Source: Candidatus Cloacimonadota bacterium (GTDB lineage: Bacteria; Cloacimonadota; Cloacimonadia; Cloacimonadales; WRIO01). Taken from it: DNA of 64,000 bases. Position numbers and translations under genes: made by a program. Numbering within the stretch: the stretch's first letter is position 1; every line of letters begins with the position of its first letter. The notes under the pieces were generated by a model that was not told the origin of the DNA, searched no databases, and was given only the letters and a program-made list of their open reading frames with translations. The stretch covers positions 4,621-68,620 of the forward strand of contig JAKPKU010000170.1 in the NCBI GenBank assembly GCA_029553545.1, read 5' to 3'. Of this stretch, positions 18,031 to 30,558 are shown one piece after another.

Positions 18031-19346
18031 ATTTAAGAGAAGAAGCTTTTAATATTATAGTTAAAGTTATCAAGAATAATATGTTCTCTGATAAACTCTT
18101 AAGTCAATCAATAAAGAATATAAAAGGCAAAGAAGAAAACCCTAATTTGCTCTATGTCTTGGTCAGAGGCGTAATCAAAATGAGAGGTAATCTCGATTAT
18201 ATTGTGCAACAATACACAGAACCAGCAAAATATAAAGGCACAGATATTCGTGTCAAATGCCTACTCTACCTTGCTTTTTATCAATTGCTTTACTGCGATT
18301 CAATACCAGAACACGCAGCTGTTTATGAGTCGGTAGAGCTCGCTAAAAAGGTCTTTAATGAATCAATTGCGAACTTTGTAAATGCCGTATTGAGAGAATA
18401 CCAAAGAAATCCAAAGATAAACTACCCAGAAAATCCTGCTGAGAGAATTGCTTATGAACACTCATACCCTGTAGAAATCATAGCAAAATGGCTGCAAAGA
18501 ATGCCTGAAGACCAAGTTGAGTACCTGGCTATGTACTATAATGAACCGCCAAAACTCAATATACGTGTCAATCAATTGGCAACAACAAAGGCTAAGTTAA
18601 TATCGTACTTTGCTAAAAAAGAAGTAATAGTAACAGAGCATAAAGCCTGTGTTAATATGCTAACATCAGAGCAAGCAACGGAAGTATTGAATGATGTGGC
18701 ATTTGATGAGGGCTATTTTACCATACAAGATGTTTCCTCAGCAATGGTCATAGATTTGCTCGATCCACAAGAAAATGAGAGTATTTTAGACATGTTTGCA
18801 GGGCGTGGTGGGAAAGCAGGGTATATTGCAGAATTAATGAAGAATACGGGCGAAGTTGTTGCTGTCGATAAGATTCCAAATAAAGCCAAAGAGATGAAAC
18901 AAACCCTGGAAAGACTTGGTGTGAGTAACTTTAAAATAATAGTTGAAGATGCATTTAAATTCGGTCCTGTGGCACCTGCTTTCAATCGGGTTTTGATTGA
19001 TGTGCCTTGCTCTGGTTGGGGCGTTTTTCAAAAAAAAGCAGAGCTACGATGGCAAGAAAAACAGAATATAGCAGAGCTCATTAAATTACAAGAAAAAGCA
19101 TTACAAACAGCAGCACAATTTGTGAAGCCTGGTGGGTTTTTGGTTTACAGTACATGCACAATTAATGATGACGAAAACGAAGCACAAATAGAAAAGTTCT
19201 TGGCTCAGAATAAGAATTTTACCTTAATTGATGCAAGTAAGTGCATACCAAAAGAATATGTTAATAATAAGTATTTAAAAACAATACCGCATGTGCATCA
19301 TATAGATGGGGCATTTGCTGCTAAAATGCAGAAACAACAAAGCTAA
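18027..19346 (+). CDS. rsmB: 16S rRNA m5C967 methyltransferase RsmB (NusB + SAM domains)
   Basis: FVNAVLR, IQDVSS, DVPCSG, LVYSTCT. Confidence 0.9.
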   Translation: MNLREEAFNIIVKVIKNNMFSDKLLSQSIKNIKGKEENPNLLYVLVRGVIKMRGNLDYIVQQYTEPAKYKGTDIRVKCLLYLAFYQLLYCDSIPEHAAVYESVELAKKVFNESIANFVNAVLREYQRNPKINYPENPAERIAYEHSYPVEIIAKWLQRMPEDQVEYLAMYYNEPPKLNIRVNQLATTKAKLISYFAKKEVIVTEHKACVNMLTSEQATEVLNDVAFDEGYFTIQDVSSAMVIDLLDPQENESILDMFAGRGGKAGYIAELMKNTGEVVAVDKIPNKAKEMKQTLERLGVSNFKIIVEDAFKFGPVAPAFNRVLIDVPCSGWGVFQKKAELRWQEKQNIAELIKLQEKALQTAAQFVKPGGFLVYSTCTINDDENEAQIEKFLAQNKNFTLIDASKCIPKEYVNNKYLKTIPHVHHIDGAFAAKMQKQQS

Positions 19347-19359
19347 AAAGGTTGAATTA

Positions 19360-19938
19360 ATGAAGTCTAAAGCGTTTATTATTTCTTTATTAATATTCAT
19401 AATCCTCTTTTTTATAGGCATAGTAATAGCAAATGCACTTATGAGATATATCGTCAGATATCAAAAAGAGGTAGATGTGCCAGCACTGGTAGGCTTGCAC
19501 TACGATGAAGCAAAGGACTTGTGTATTGAGAAAAAATTATACATTGCTGTTGCTGATTATGAGTATAATGAAATGCCAAAGAATATAATTATCTCGCAAA
19601 AACCATATTCTGGAAAAAAGACTTATGAAAATAGAACAATATACGTTATGCTCAGTCTGGGCGAGAAAAAGGTCATTGTCCCTGATTTAACAGGCATGCA
19701 TATTAATGATATAGAAAATGAACTGAAAAAGCATGGGCTCGGGCTCAGTGAAACAGAGTATGAATATTCAGATACTGTCGAACAAAACCATGTAATCTAC
19801 ACCAGCCCGCCATCAGGAGCGCCACTGATGGAAGGAAAAACAGTCAAAGTCATTATCAGTGCAGGTAGAAAATCGTATCAAGATAATAGCGATAATAACT
19901 ACCAATATGACCCAAGTACCGACGATTATATTTATTAA
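19360..19938 (+). CDS. PASTA-domain membrane protein
   Basis: N-terminal TM helix then two PASTA repeats (VPALVG, VPDLTG); start moved to ATG 19360. Confidence 0.85.
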   Translation: MKSKAFIISLLIFIILFFIGIVIANALMRYIVRYQKEVDVPALVGLHYDEAKDLCIEKKLYIAVADYEYNEMPKNIIISQKPYSGKKTYENRTIYVMLSLGEKKVIVPDLTGMHINDIENELKKHGLGLSETEYEYSDTVEQNHVIYTSPPSGAPLMEGKTVKVIISAGRKSYQDNSDNNYQYDPSTDDYIY

Positions 19939-20142
19939 AAACAAGCATTTTAATGATGAGCCTATAATAAATAATATAATGCATTTCTATTGAAATAAAC
20001 TCTTTTTATAACTATATGTAAAATAGGGCATTAATAGTGTTATTTATTGCTTGAAAAAAATGAAGAAAAAGTAAAAAAAACATTGACAGAAAAAGAGATA
20101 TGACAGATTGTCTTATATAGAAAAAAGGATATTAACTGTTGA

Positions 20143-22062
<1,920 letters not shown>

Positions 22063-22096
22063 ACTTGCCGATCTAAAAAATGGAGGATAATTAATA

Positions 22097-24697
22097 ATGA
22101 CTGATCTAAAATCGAAAGTAATTACAGTTGAAATAGATGAAGAACTCAAAAAATCCTATATGAATTACTCTATGAGCGTCATCGTCTCTCGTGCACTGCC
22201 TGACGTGCGTGACGGACTAAAGCCCTCACAAAGAAGAATCTTATACTCTATGCACGAATTAAATCTAAACCCAGGAGGGCAATTTAGAAAGTGTGCAAAA
22301 ATTGCAGGCGATACATCAGGTAACTACCACCCACACGGCGAAGCAGTAGTTTATCCAACCTTGGTGCGTATGGCGCAACCATGGGCATTGAGATATATGC
22401 TCGTCGATGGACAAGGTAACTTTGGTTCGATCGATGGTGATCCACCAGCAGCAATGCGTTATACTGAAGCAAGATTGCAAAGAGCAGCAATTGATCTTAT
22501 GGATGATCTTGAAAAAGAGACTGTAGATTTTCGTGGCAATTACGATGATACACGTAAGGAGCCCACTGTTTTTCCATCAAAGTTTCCCAACATGCTGGTA
22601 AATGGCGCATCGGGTATAGCTGTCGGTATGGCAACAAGCATGCCCCCACATAATATCAATGAAGTGTGTAGTGCAATAATCGCTCTGATCGACAATCCAG
22701 AGCTTACTTCTCTCGATTTATTACAATATATTAAAGGTCCTGACTTCCCAACAGGAGGCACAATTTTAGGTACCAAAGGTATTACTGAATACTTCGCAAC
22801 AGGTCGTGGTAAGGTGATTGTACGTGGTAAAGCTGAAATAGAAAAGAAATCTAATGATCAGGAGCTGATAGTAATTAAAGAAATACCTTATCAAGTGAAC
22901 AAAACCCTTCTTATTGAAAGAATTGTCGAGCTTGTTAAGACAAAAAGAATAGAAGGCATTGCCGATATCCGTGATGAATCAGGCAGACAAGGGATGAGAT
23001 TAGTCATTGTCATTAAGAAGACCGCGGATGCACAAACTGTGCTCAATAAACTTTACAAATATTCTCAATTACAAGGAACATTTGGCGTTATCAACCTCGC
23101 TTTAGTCAATGGTGCACCTGAAGTATTACCAATGAAAGACTTAGTTCAAAACTTTATTGACTTCAGACATGAAGTTGTTGTCAGACGTACTCAATTCTTA
23201 CTTAAAAATGCTGAAGCAAGGCTGCATATTTTAGAAGGCTATAGAATCGCATTGGACAATATCGATGAGGTTATTGCAACAATTAGAGCCTCAGAGACAA
23301 CACAAATTGCCAGTGAGCAGCTTCAGTTAAAGTTTGGACTATCAGAAATTCAAGCAAAAGCTATTCTTGAGATGCGTTTACAAAGACTGACAGGCTTGGA
23401 ACGTGATAAAATCGAACAAGAATACAATGAGATTGTAAAAACAGTCCATGAATTAAAAGAGATCCTTGAGAAAAAAGAATTACGTATGAATATTATTAAA
23501 GATGAGACGCAACAAATATCTGATAAGTATAATGATAACCGCAAAACAGAAATAGGCAAAAGTGAAGGCACAGAGATATCTGATCTTGACTTGATTCCAG
23601 ACGAGACTTGCGTAATCACACTGTCTCATGAAGGTTATATTAAAAGAATGCCTATTAATCTATACAGAACACAGGCACGTGGCGGTAAAGGATCATCTGG
23701 CACAAACTTAAAAGAAGACGATTTTGTTCAATACATATTTGTGGCGTCAACCCACGACTATATCTTATTCTTCACAAACCTCGGTAAATGCCTATGGCTA
23801 AGAGTTCACGAAATACCCGAAGCAGGTAAACAAGCACGTGGCAAGGCTATCATCAACTTGCTTGAAATTGAGCAAGGAGAAAAGATCAAAACACTTGTCA
23901 CATGTGATAATCTGAGAGACGACCACTATATCGTGATGGCGACCAAAAAAGGCTTGATCAAAAAGACAGCTTTATCAGCTTACTCAAGACCTCGTTCAAA
24001 GGGTATTATTGCAATTAATCTCAATGATGGTGATGAATTGATTGATGCACGCATTTCTGATGGACAAAGCTTTATTGCTATGGCAACGGCAGATGGCTTC
24101 TGTAATAGATTTGCAGAAACCGATATTCGTGCAACAGGTAGAAATACAGCGGGCGTAACAGGTATTAGATTGAGACCTACTGACGAAGTAATGTCTATGC
24201 TTGTATTGAGCAGCGAAGGCAATCTTCTTACCCTCACCGAAAAAGGTTATGGAAAACGTACAGCTATCTCTGAATACACACAAACAAAACGCGGCTCAAA
24301 AGGTGTAAGCGCTTTTGCTTCTGATAAAACATCAAAAATTGGCAAGCTCGTCACGATGATGGAAGTCGCTGATAGTGATGAGTTGATGATTATTACTAAA
24401 AACGGTATTATTATCAGACAAAAAGTGGAGAATATCAACCTGCAAGGCAGAAGAACTCAAGGCGTTAAACTGATCAATGTTGGCGAAGATGACATGGTTC
24501 ATGATGTAACAAAAATCAGCGAAGAAGACCAAGAAGAGAACTTAGCATTACAAGAAAAACTCGTTTTAGAAAGACAACAGTATGCAAAAGAGATGCAAGA
24601 GGCTTATCCTAATGATGATGAAGAAAACCTCTTAAACCCATTGGAAGAAGACGATGAAGAAAATGATATTCCAAATGAAGACGAGGAAGATGAATAA
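22097..24697 (+). CDS. gyrA: DNA gyrase subunit A
   Basis: RALPDVRDGLKP, AAMRYTE, GyrA-box QARGGKG, acidic tail. Confidence 0.97.
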   Translation: MTDLKSKVITVEIDEELKKSYMNYSMSVIVSRALPDVRDGLKPSQRRILYSMHELNLNPGGQFRKCAKIAGDTSGNYHPHGEAVVYPTLVRMAQPWALRYMLVDGQGNFGSIDGDPPAAMRYTEARLQRAAIDLMDDLEKETVDFRGNYDDTRKEPTVFPSKFPNMLVNGASGIAVGMATSMPPHNINEVCSAIIALIDNPELTSLDLLQYIKGPDFPTGGTILGTKGITEYFATGRGKVIVRGKAEIEKKSNDQELIVIKEIPYQVNKTLLIERIVELVKTKRIEGIADIRDESGRQGMRLVIVIKKTADAQTVLNKLYKYSQLQGTFGVINLALVNGAPEVLPMKDLVQNFIDFRHEVVVRRTQFLLKNAEARLHILEGYRIALDNIDEVIATIRASETTQIASEQLQLKFGLSEIQAKAILEMRLQRLTGLERDKIEQEYNEIVKTVHELKEILEKKELRMNIIKDETQQISDKYNDNRKTEIGKSEGTEISDLDLIPDETCVITLSHEGYIKRMPINLYRTQARGGKGSSGTNLKEDDFVQYIFVASTHDYILFFTNLGKCLWLRVHEIPEAGKQARGKAIINLLEIEQGEKIKTLVTCDNLRDDHYIVMATKKGLIKKTALSAYSRPRSKGIIAINLNDGDELIDARISDGQSFIAMATADGFCNRFAETDIRATGRNTAGVTGIRLRPTDEVMSMLVLSSEGNLLTLTEKGYGKRTAISEYTQTKRGSKGVSAFASDKTSKIGKLVTMMEVADSDELMIITKNGIIIRQKVENINLQGRRTQGVKLINVGEDDMVHDVTKISEEDQEENLALQEKLVLERQQYAKEMQEAYPNDDEENLLNPLEEDDEENDIPNEDEEDE

Positions 24698-25277
24698 TTA
24701 TAAAACAAATTGCAGGCAGTTTTATTACTGCCTGTCTCTTCTTTTTATATTATTCCTAACTGGCTGTTCAACAAGGTTCCTGCCAATCCAATCGCCAGAT
24801 TTAATCATTGCAGATGATCTGGCAATCTACAAAAGCGAGGGAATCACATTGACAGTCACAGAACAAATGTGGATAAAGGACCCGCAATTCCTCTCTGACC
24901 ACTATACAACGTTTTGGATAAAAGTTCAAAACAATACAAGTCAACCATACAAAGTAAGACCGTCCAGCTTTGCTTTACTCGACGAAGATAGAAATCAAAT
25001 GGATGTACAAGATCAAGAACAGGTATTAGATCTTATGCTGCAAAATGAGACTTTATATATTGACCGCTTTTTAATGTCAACACAGTCACAGCAAGAGATC
25101 TTGCAAAAAAGACAGCTTATCCAAAAGAATATTATGCTTGATTCTTTTTCATTTGGAGACATTTTGCCTCATGCGTCAAAACAGGGCATCATCTTCTTTC
25201 CAAAAGTAAAAGGAAACATCAATCAGCTTGTTTTTGTCTTTAATAATAAAGAAATTACATTTCAAAGAATAAAATAG
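24690..25277 (+). CDS. Hypothetical lipoprotein
   Basis: Lipobox LTGC; start overlaps the gyrA stop. Confidence 0.65.
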   Translation: MNNYKTNCRQFYYCLSLLFILFLTGCSTRFLPIQSPDLIIADDLAIYKSEGITLTVTEQMWIKDPQFLSDHYTTFWIKVQNNTSQPYKVRPSSFALLDEDRNQMDVQDQEQVLDLMLQNETLYIDRFLMSTQSQQEILQKRQLIQKNIMLDSFSFGDILPHASKQGIIFFPKVKGNINQLVFVFNNKEITFQRIK

Positions 25278-25289
25278 AATGAGGTTTAT

Positions 25290-27074
25290 ATGTTAAACTT
25301 AATGGGAAATTGGAAGCGAAGCCACTACTGTGGCGATATAAATGAAACCCTTGAAGGGCAAGAAGTTATTCTCATGGGATGGGTGCATCGCCGAAGAGAC
25401 TTAGGTGCCTTAATATTCATCGATTTAAGAGATGTGAAAGGCATAGTTCAGTGTGTGTTCGATCCAGCAAATCAGCAGCCTTATGAAGTTGCAAAAGATG
25501 TCCGTAATGAGTATGTCATTGCTGTGAGAGGCAAGGTCTATCCACGTGGAGAAAAGAATCTAAACTTGAACATGAAAACGGGCAGAATCGAATTACATAT
25601 TACAGAGGCTATGCTTTTAAACCAAAGCGAGCCGCTGCCTATACAGCTCAATGAAAACGTTTTGGCTGAAGAAGATTTACGACTGACCTATAGGTATCTC
25701 GATTTACGACGTGATGTTTTGCAGAAGAATTTGATCATGCGTCACAATATGATTTTTGCTATTAGAGAGTTTTTAACACAAAAATCTTTCTATGAAATAG
25801 AGACACCCATCTTGATGAAAAGCACGCCAGAAGGGGCAAGAGACTATCTTGTTCCAAGCCGTATTCATCATGGCAAATTCTTTGCTTTGCCTCAATCACC
25901 ACAGATTTATAAACAGCTTTTAATGATATCAGGGATGGACAGATACTTCCAAATTGCCCGCTGCTTCCGTGATGAAGACTTACGTGCAGATAGGCAACCT
26001 GAATTTACACAGCTTGACCTTGAAATGAGCTTTGTTACTCAAGATGAGATCTTTGAGCTGATGGAAGAGCTGTTTGCTTATGTTTTTAAAAAGACAATTA
26101 ATTATGAGTTAAAGACGCCTTTCAAGAGGCTTTGTTGGCAAGAAGCAATGGATAAATATGGTATAGACAAACCAGATTTGAGATTTGGTATGGAGTTGAT
26201 CGACGTCTCAGATATTGTTGCAAACTCAGAATTTCAAGTCTTCAAATCAGCTTTTGAAGCAAAAGGTTCTGTAAGATGCGTTGTTGCCCCTAATTGTGCA
26301 CATTATAGCAGAAAACAAATTGACGAACTTACCGCTATTGCCAAGCATCTTGATGGCAAAGGATTAGCTTTTGTCAAAGTCACTGAAACTGGCTTTGATG
26401 GTGGCATAACGAAGTTTTTAAGCGAAACAGAAATCTTAAACATTAAAGAAAAAACACAGGCAAAGGTAAATGATTTAATCTTATTTGCTGCAGATACAAA
26501 TAAAGTCGTTTATAAGGTCTTGGCTGGTATTAGAAATCACTTTGGCAAAGAATTAAAGCTCTATGATGAAAATGATTTTGCCTTCTGTTGGATAACTGAT
26601 TTTCCTCTATTTGAGTACAATGACGATGAGCAAAGATGGGAGCCAGCGCACCATATGTTCTCTTTACCAAAAGAAGAGCACATTCCTTATTTAGACGATG
26701 AAAGCAAGTTTGGCGAGATAAAAGGGCAGCTTTACGACATGGTATGCAATGGCATGGAGCTCTCTTCTGGCAGTATTAGATGTCATCGTTGGGATATTCA
26801 AAAGAAGATATTTGATGTTTTGGGGTTCAAAGAAGAAGAGCTTGCAGACAAGTTTGGTTTCTTTATAAACGCTCTCAAATACGGCACACCACCACATGGG
26901 GGCATTGCACCAGGCATTGATAGACTTGTAATGATCTTAACTAAAGCTGAGTCTTTACGCGATGTGATCGCTTTTCCAAAAACTCTCAAAGCTGTCGATC
27001 TTATGAGTCAATGTCCATCTCATGTAGACGAAAAACAGCTTAAAGAATTAGGCATCAAGCTTACTAAAGAATAA
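25290..27074 (+). CDS. aspS: Aspartate--tRNA ligase
   Basis: RRRDLG, STPEGARDY, CFRDEDLRADRQPEFTQ, GTPPHGG. Confidence 0.98.
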   Translation: MLNLMGNWKRSHYCGDINETLEGQEVILMGWVHRRRDLGALIFIDLRDVKGIVQCVFDPANQQPYEVAKDVRNEYVIAVRGKVYPRGEKNLNLNMKTGRIELHITEAMLLNQSEPLPIQLNENVLAEEDLRLTYRYLDLRRDVLQKNLIMRHNMIFAIREFLTQKSFYEIETPILMKSTPEGARDYLVPSRIHHGKFFALPQSPQIYKQLLMISGMDRYFQIARCFRDEDLRADRQPEFTQLDLEMSFVTQDEIFELMEELFAYVFKKTINYELKTPFKRLCWQEAMDKYGIDKPDLRFGMELIDVSDIVANSEFQVFKSAFEAKGSVRCVVAPNCAHYSRKQIDELTAIAKHLDGKGLAFVKVTETGFDGGITKFLSETEILNIKEKTQAKVNDLILFAADTNKVVYKVLAGIRNHFGKELKLYDENDFAFCWITDFPLFEYNDDEQRWEPAHHMFSLPKEEHIPYLDDESKFGEIKGQLYDMVCNGMELSSGSIRCHRWDIQKKIFDVLGFKEEELADKFGFFINALKYGTPPHGGIAPGIDRLVMILTKAESLRDVIAFPKTLKAVDLMSQCPSHVDEKQLKELGIKLTKE

Positions 27075-28220
27075 TTATAAACCGATAGGCAGTGTTATTG
27101 TAAAGGTCGTTCCTTTTTCTGGTTCTGACTCAAAGGTAGCACTGCCTGACAAATAGTTTTCTGTTAATAGCTTGATACTATATGTCCCCAGCCCTCGGTT
27201 CTTACCCTTTGTTGAATAAACCTTTTTAAAGATATTTGCTTTGATATCTTCATTCATCACTTGTGGATTATGCGTGTAAAAGCTAATTCTATCTTCTTCT
27301 GTAATATTGCAGCCTATTCTCACAATATCACCGCTAACAGCGGCTTCCAGGGCGTTCTTTAGCATATTTCCAAACACTCTTTTAAAGATTGTAGTATCAC
27401 TTTTAAAACTCGTATCAGCAGAGCTTTCATCAATTCTAATCTCTTTATCTTTGCTAATCTTGTGCAATTGATATTTACTTGCCATTATCTTCATCAGATC
27501 TATGCTGGAATCAATTTTAACTTGTTCAGTCTGCAGCTCATTATTTTCAGTTAATATAATCTCACGATGCGATTTAATCTCATCTGTTAGTTGTAAAGAA
27601 ACATTGTAGAGGTTATTAATATAATAATTAATCTGTTCATCTGAAACTAAACTTTTCAGCAAGTCAGTTGTAATTTGAATGATTGTAGCAGTATTTGAAA
27701 TATCATGTATAAATATCTTTTCCATCATATATTGCTGTTTGAACTTTGATATATCTTGCACAGAAAGGCATACATACTTTTTATCTGAAATATCAATTGG
27801 GTTTGAGCTGACTCTAAGTTCAAGAAAATCATACTTTTCATTGACGAGCGTACTTATTCTACAATCCCGTTCATCTGGGATTCCTTCTAAACCACTCATA
27901 ATGGTGGTTAAAGCAGGGCAGTATTTACAAAAGTGATGTGTACCGCATCCAGAGGGTGCCTCTTTGCTGTTCTCACAATTGACTATCTCACCCAAGCGAC
28001 AACCAAGAACACTCTCTTCATCATATTCCTCCAATAAGTCAAAAAAAGCCTTATTGCAATATACGGCTTGCATATTATTATTCAACAATAAAATTGGAGC
28101 AGTGACAGCTTCGAGCAATGTAACCACATTTTTTTGTTCTTTTAGCCATTTATTATATTGAACGATATCTTCCTGCGCATCCCTTACTGGGCTTGCATAA
28201 TAGGTTTTAGCCTCTTCCAT
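27075..28220 (-). CDS. PAS-containing sensor histidine kinase
   Basis: Cys-rich PAS-like N-terminus, HDISN H-box, NMLKNALEA, RGLGTY. Confidence 0.85.
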   Translation of the reverse strand: MEEAKTYYASPVRDAQEDIVQYNKWLKEQKNVVTLLEAVTAPILLLNNNMQAVYCNKAFFDLLEEYDEESVLGCRLGEIVNCENSKEAPSGCGTHHFCKYCPALTTIMSGLEGIPDERDCRISTLVNEKYDFLELRVSSNPIDISDKKYVCLSVQDISKFKQQYMMEKIFIHDISNTATIIQITTDLLKSLVSDEQINYYINNLYNVSLQLTDEIKSHREIILTENNELQTEQVKIDSSIDLMKIMASKYQLHKISKDKEIRIDESSADTSFKSDTTIFKRVFGNMLKNALEAAVSGDIVRIGCNITEEDRISFYTHNPQVMNEDIKANIFKKVYSTKGKNRGLGTYSIKLLTENYLSGSATFESEPEKGTTFTITLPIGL

Positions 28221-28223
28221 TAT

Positions 28224-29072
28224 TTACCTCTTCAAAAAATCCTCTAAAGCGTTTTTCCATAGTCTTGGTTTTTCACCAAGTAAAAAGGAGATCTTATTGG
28301 TGTTTAATACTGAATAATCTGGGCGTGGCGTTTTATCTGGATATTCATTTGCCGTTATGGCTTTTATAAAACTCTTTGCTCCCATATTATACTTTTTTAA
28401 AATGCGTTCTATTTCTAAAGCTATAAAATATCTACTTGCAATGCCCTCATTTGCAAAGTGATAAATTCCACTTTCATTTCTTTCAATTAGTTTAGCCAAT
28501 ACATCCGCTGTGTCAACAGTATAAGTAAGCTTTCCAAGCTGGTCTGAAACGACATTTATTTCATCTTTTGTTTTAATAAGCTCTGATATCACAGAGATAA
28601 AGTTTTTACCATGCGGTCCAAACAACCAAGAGACACGCAGTATCAAAGGGTCTTTCGCAATATCTAAAGCATAGGTTTCACCTTTAGCCTTTGATGCACC
28701 ATAAGCATTTACAGGGTCAATCTCATCATCCTCATGCTTTTCAAAAAAGTCTTTACCGCTAAAGACAAAGTCTGTACTTATCTGTATAAGCTTAAAATCA
28801 TAGTTCTTTGATAAGTTTGCCAAATCTCGAATTGCTTCGCCATTTACAGCATTTGCCTTCTCAAATTCTGTTTCTGCTTTTGTCACATCTGTATAGGCAG
28901 CGCAATTGATCAGATACTCTGGTTTATCACGCTTTATCACCGCTTCCATCTGCTCAAAATTAAGTAGATTAAAGTCTTTTGATCCATAACTCGTATGATC
29001 AGCAAAATAAGCATTATTTTTTATCGCATAAGCAAGCATTCCTTCGCTACCAGTAATCAAGAACTTTGCCAT
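28224..29072 (-). CDS. rfbD: dTDP-4-dehydrorhamnose reductase
   Basis: TGSEGML, NCAAYT, ISTDFVF, YGASK, PRP.YSVL. Confidence 0.93.
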   Translation of the reverse strand: MAKFLITGSEGMLAYAIKNNAYFADHTSYGSKDFNLLNFEQMEAVIKRDKPEYLINCAAYTDVTKAETEFEKANAVNGEAIRDLANLSKNYDFKLIQISTDFVFSGKDFFEKHEDDEIDPVNAYGASKAKGETYALDIAKDPLILRVSWLFGPHGKNFISVISELIKTKDEINVVSDQLGKLTYTVDTADVLAKLIERNESGIYHFANEGIASRYFIALEIERILKKYNMGAKSFIKAITANEYPDKTPRPDYSVLNTNKISFLLGEKPRLWKNALEDFLKR

Positions 29073-29084
29073 ATTTACCCCTTT

Positions 29085-29804
29085 TTAATTAATAAATAAT
29101 TTCACAAGCTTGGGCAGCACTTCGCCAGATTTACCCAAATGGAATTCTTCGATAAAGCTTCTATTCTCAGGTTCAGTCAGATTTACACCCAATGTTTTCA
29201 CACCGTAAGAGCGTGCAAAGAGTAAAAACTGTGCTGCTGGATATACCTGTCCACTTGTACCGATAGTCATAAAATAAGTTGCCTTTCTCAGAGCTTCGTC
29301 AATTTCATCCATAAAATAAGGCATTTCGCCAAACCACACAATATCAGGACGCAAATCAGCACCACAGGCTATACAACTTGGTACATCTATATTTAAGTCA
29401 ATATCTTTAACAGAATAATGTTTTTTACATCTCGTGCAAAAGCAACTATTTAGCTGCCCGTGCATTTCAAGTATTTTTTTTGAACCCGCCCTGCGATGCA
29501 AGTCATCTACATTCTGTGTAATGAGGCTAAAATTACCTTGCAAGTAGTCTTCCAGCTCTGCAAGTGCATAGTGTCCTGGGTTTGGTTCCACCTCACTCAG
29601 CTGATTGTAACGTTCCTTATAAAATTGCCAAACGAGCTTTGGGTCAGCTCTAAAGCCTTCAGGGGTTGCCACTTTTTCCACAGGGTGATTTTCCCAAAGT
29701 CCATCACTATCTCTAAATGTTTTTATACCAGATTCTGCACTAATTCCTGCTCCTGTAAGGATAACTACAAAGTCCTCTTTTTTAATATGATAATTTGTTT
29801 TCAA
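29085..29804 (-). CDS. cobB: NAD-dependent protein deacylase (class III sirtuin)
   Basis: GAGISAESGI, TQNVDDLH, HG, RPDIVWFGE, GTSG.VYPA; Y..R acyl-pocket motif. Confidence 0.93.
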   Translation of the reverse strand: MKTNYHIKKEDFVVILTGAGISAESGIKTFRDSDGLWENHPVEKVATPEGFRADPKLVWQFYKERYNQLSEVEPNPGHYALAELEDYLQGNFSLITQNVDDLHRRAGSKKILEMHGQLNSCFCTRCKKHYSVKDIDLNIDVPSCIACGADLRPDIVWFGEMPYFMDEIDEALRKATYFMTIGTSGQVYPAAQFLLFARSYGVKTLGVNLTEPENRSFIEEFHLGKSGEVLPKLVKLFIN

Positions 29805-29828
29805 TTTAGCCTCCTAATAATTAATTGG

Positions 29829-30557
29829 TTAAAAAAAAGACAAATACTGCTGAACACTTGCCAGTTCAGACTGTTTAAAGTCATTATAAGTGCCAGCGAA
29901 AACTAAATTTCTATTTTCGAGCATGATAATATCTTCTGCTAGCCTCTCCACACACTCAATATCGTGAGTAATGATGATGCTTGTCATTTGCAATTCTTTT
30001 TGCAGAGAGCCGATTAAATCGATTATTTCAGAGCCAGTAACAGGATCAAGCCCAGTCGTTGGTTCATCATAAATAATATATTTGGGGTTCATGATGATTG
30101 ATCTTGCCAGTCCTACCCTCTTTCTCATTCCACCACTCAAATCTGCAGGCATTTTCATCATCACATCATCTAATTGGACTGCCTCGAGTGTTTGTTTGAC
30201 TTTATTAATAATCTCTCTCTCAGTGCTGTATTTTTTATGTTCAAATAAAGGGAAAGCAACGTTTTGATAAACATTCATAGAATCGAAAAGAGCAGCATTT
30301 TGAAACAAATATCCAATATTCGTTCTAATCTTACTCAATTCTCTTTGCTTTAATTTATTAATTAGCTGTCCATCGATATGAATTTCTCCCTGTTTGGCAG
30401 GAAACAAGCCAATTGCTGCTTTCATCAAAACGCTTTTACCAGAGCCACTTTTACCGACAAGCATGGTATTACAGTTGTTTTGAATAGTAACACTGATATT
30501 TTCTACAATTGGTTTGCCACCTAAATCAACGCTCAAGTTATCAATCTTTATCATCAC
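29829..30557 (-). CDS. ABC transporter ATP-binding protein, MlaF/Mkl-like
   Basis: GKSGSGKS, FQNAALFDS, LSGGMRKRVGLAR, DEPTTGLDP. Confidence 0.88.
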   Translation of the reverse strand: MMIKIDNLSVDLGGKPIVENISVTIQNNCNTMLVGKSGSGKSVLMKAAIGLFPAKQGEIHIDGQLINKLKQRELSKIRTNIGYLFQNAALFDSMNVYQNVAFPLFEHKKYSTEREIINKVKQTLEAVQLDDVMMKMPADLSGGMRKRVGLARSIIMNPKYIIYDEPTTGLDPVTGSEIIDLIGSLQKELQMTSIIITHDIECVERLAEDIIMLENRNLVFAGTYNDFKQSELASVQQYLSFF

Positions 30558-30558
30558 A

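Noticed and set aside
25290..25560. Calling AspRS non-discriminating
   Set aside because: His is present in WVHRRRD, but the second diagnostic Gly could not be placed confidently by eye.
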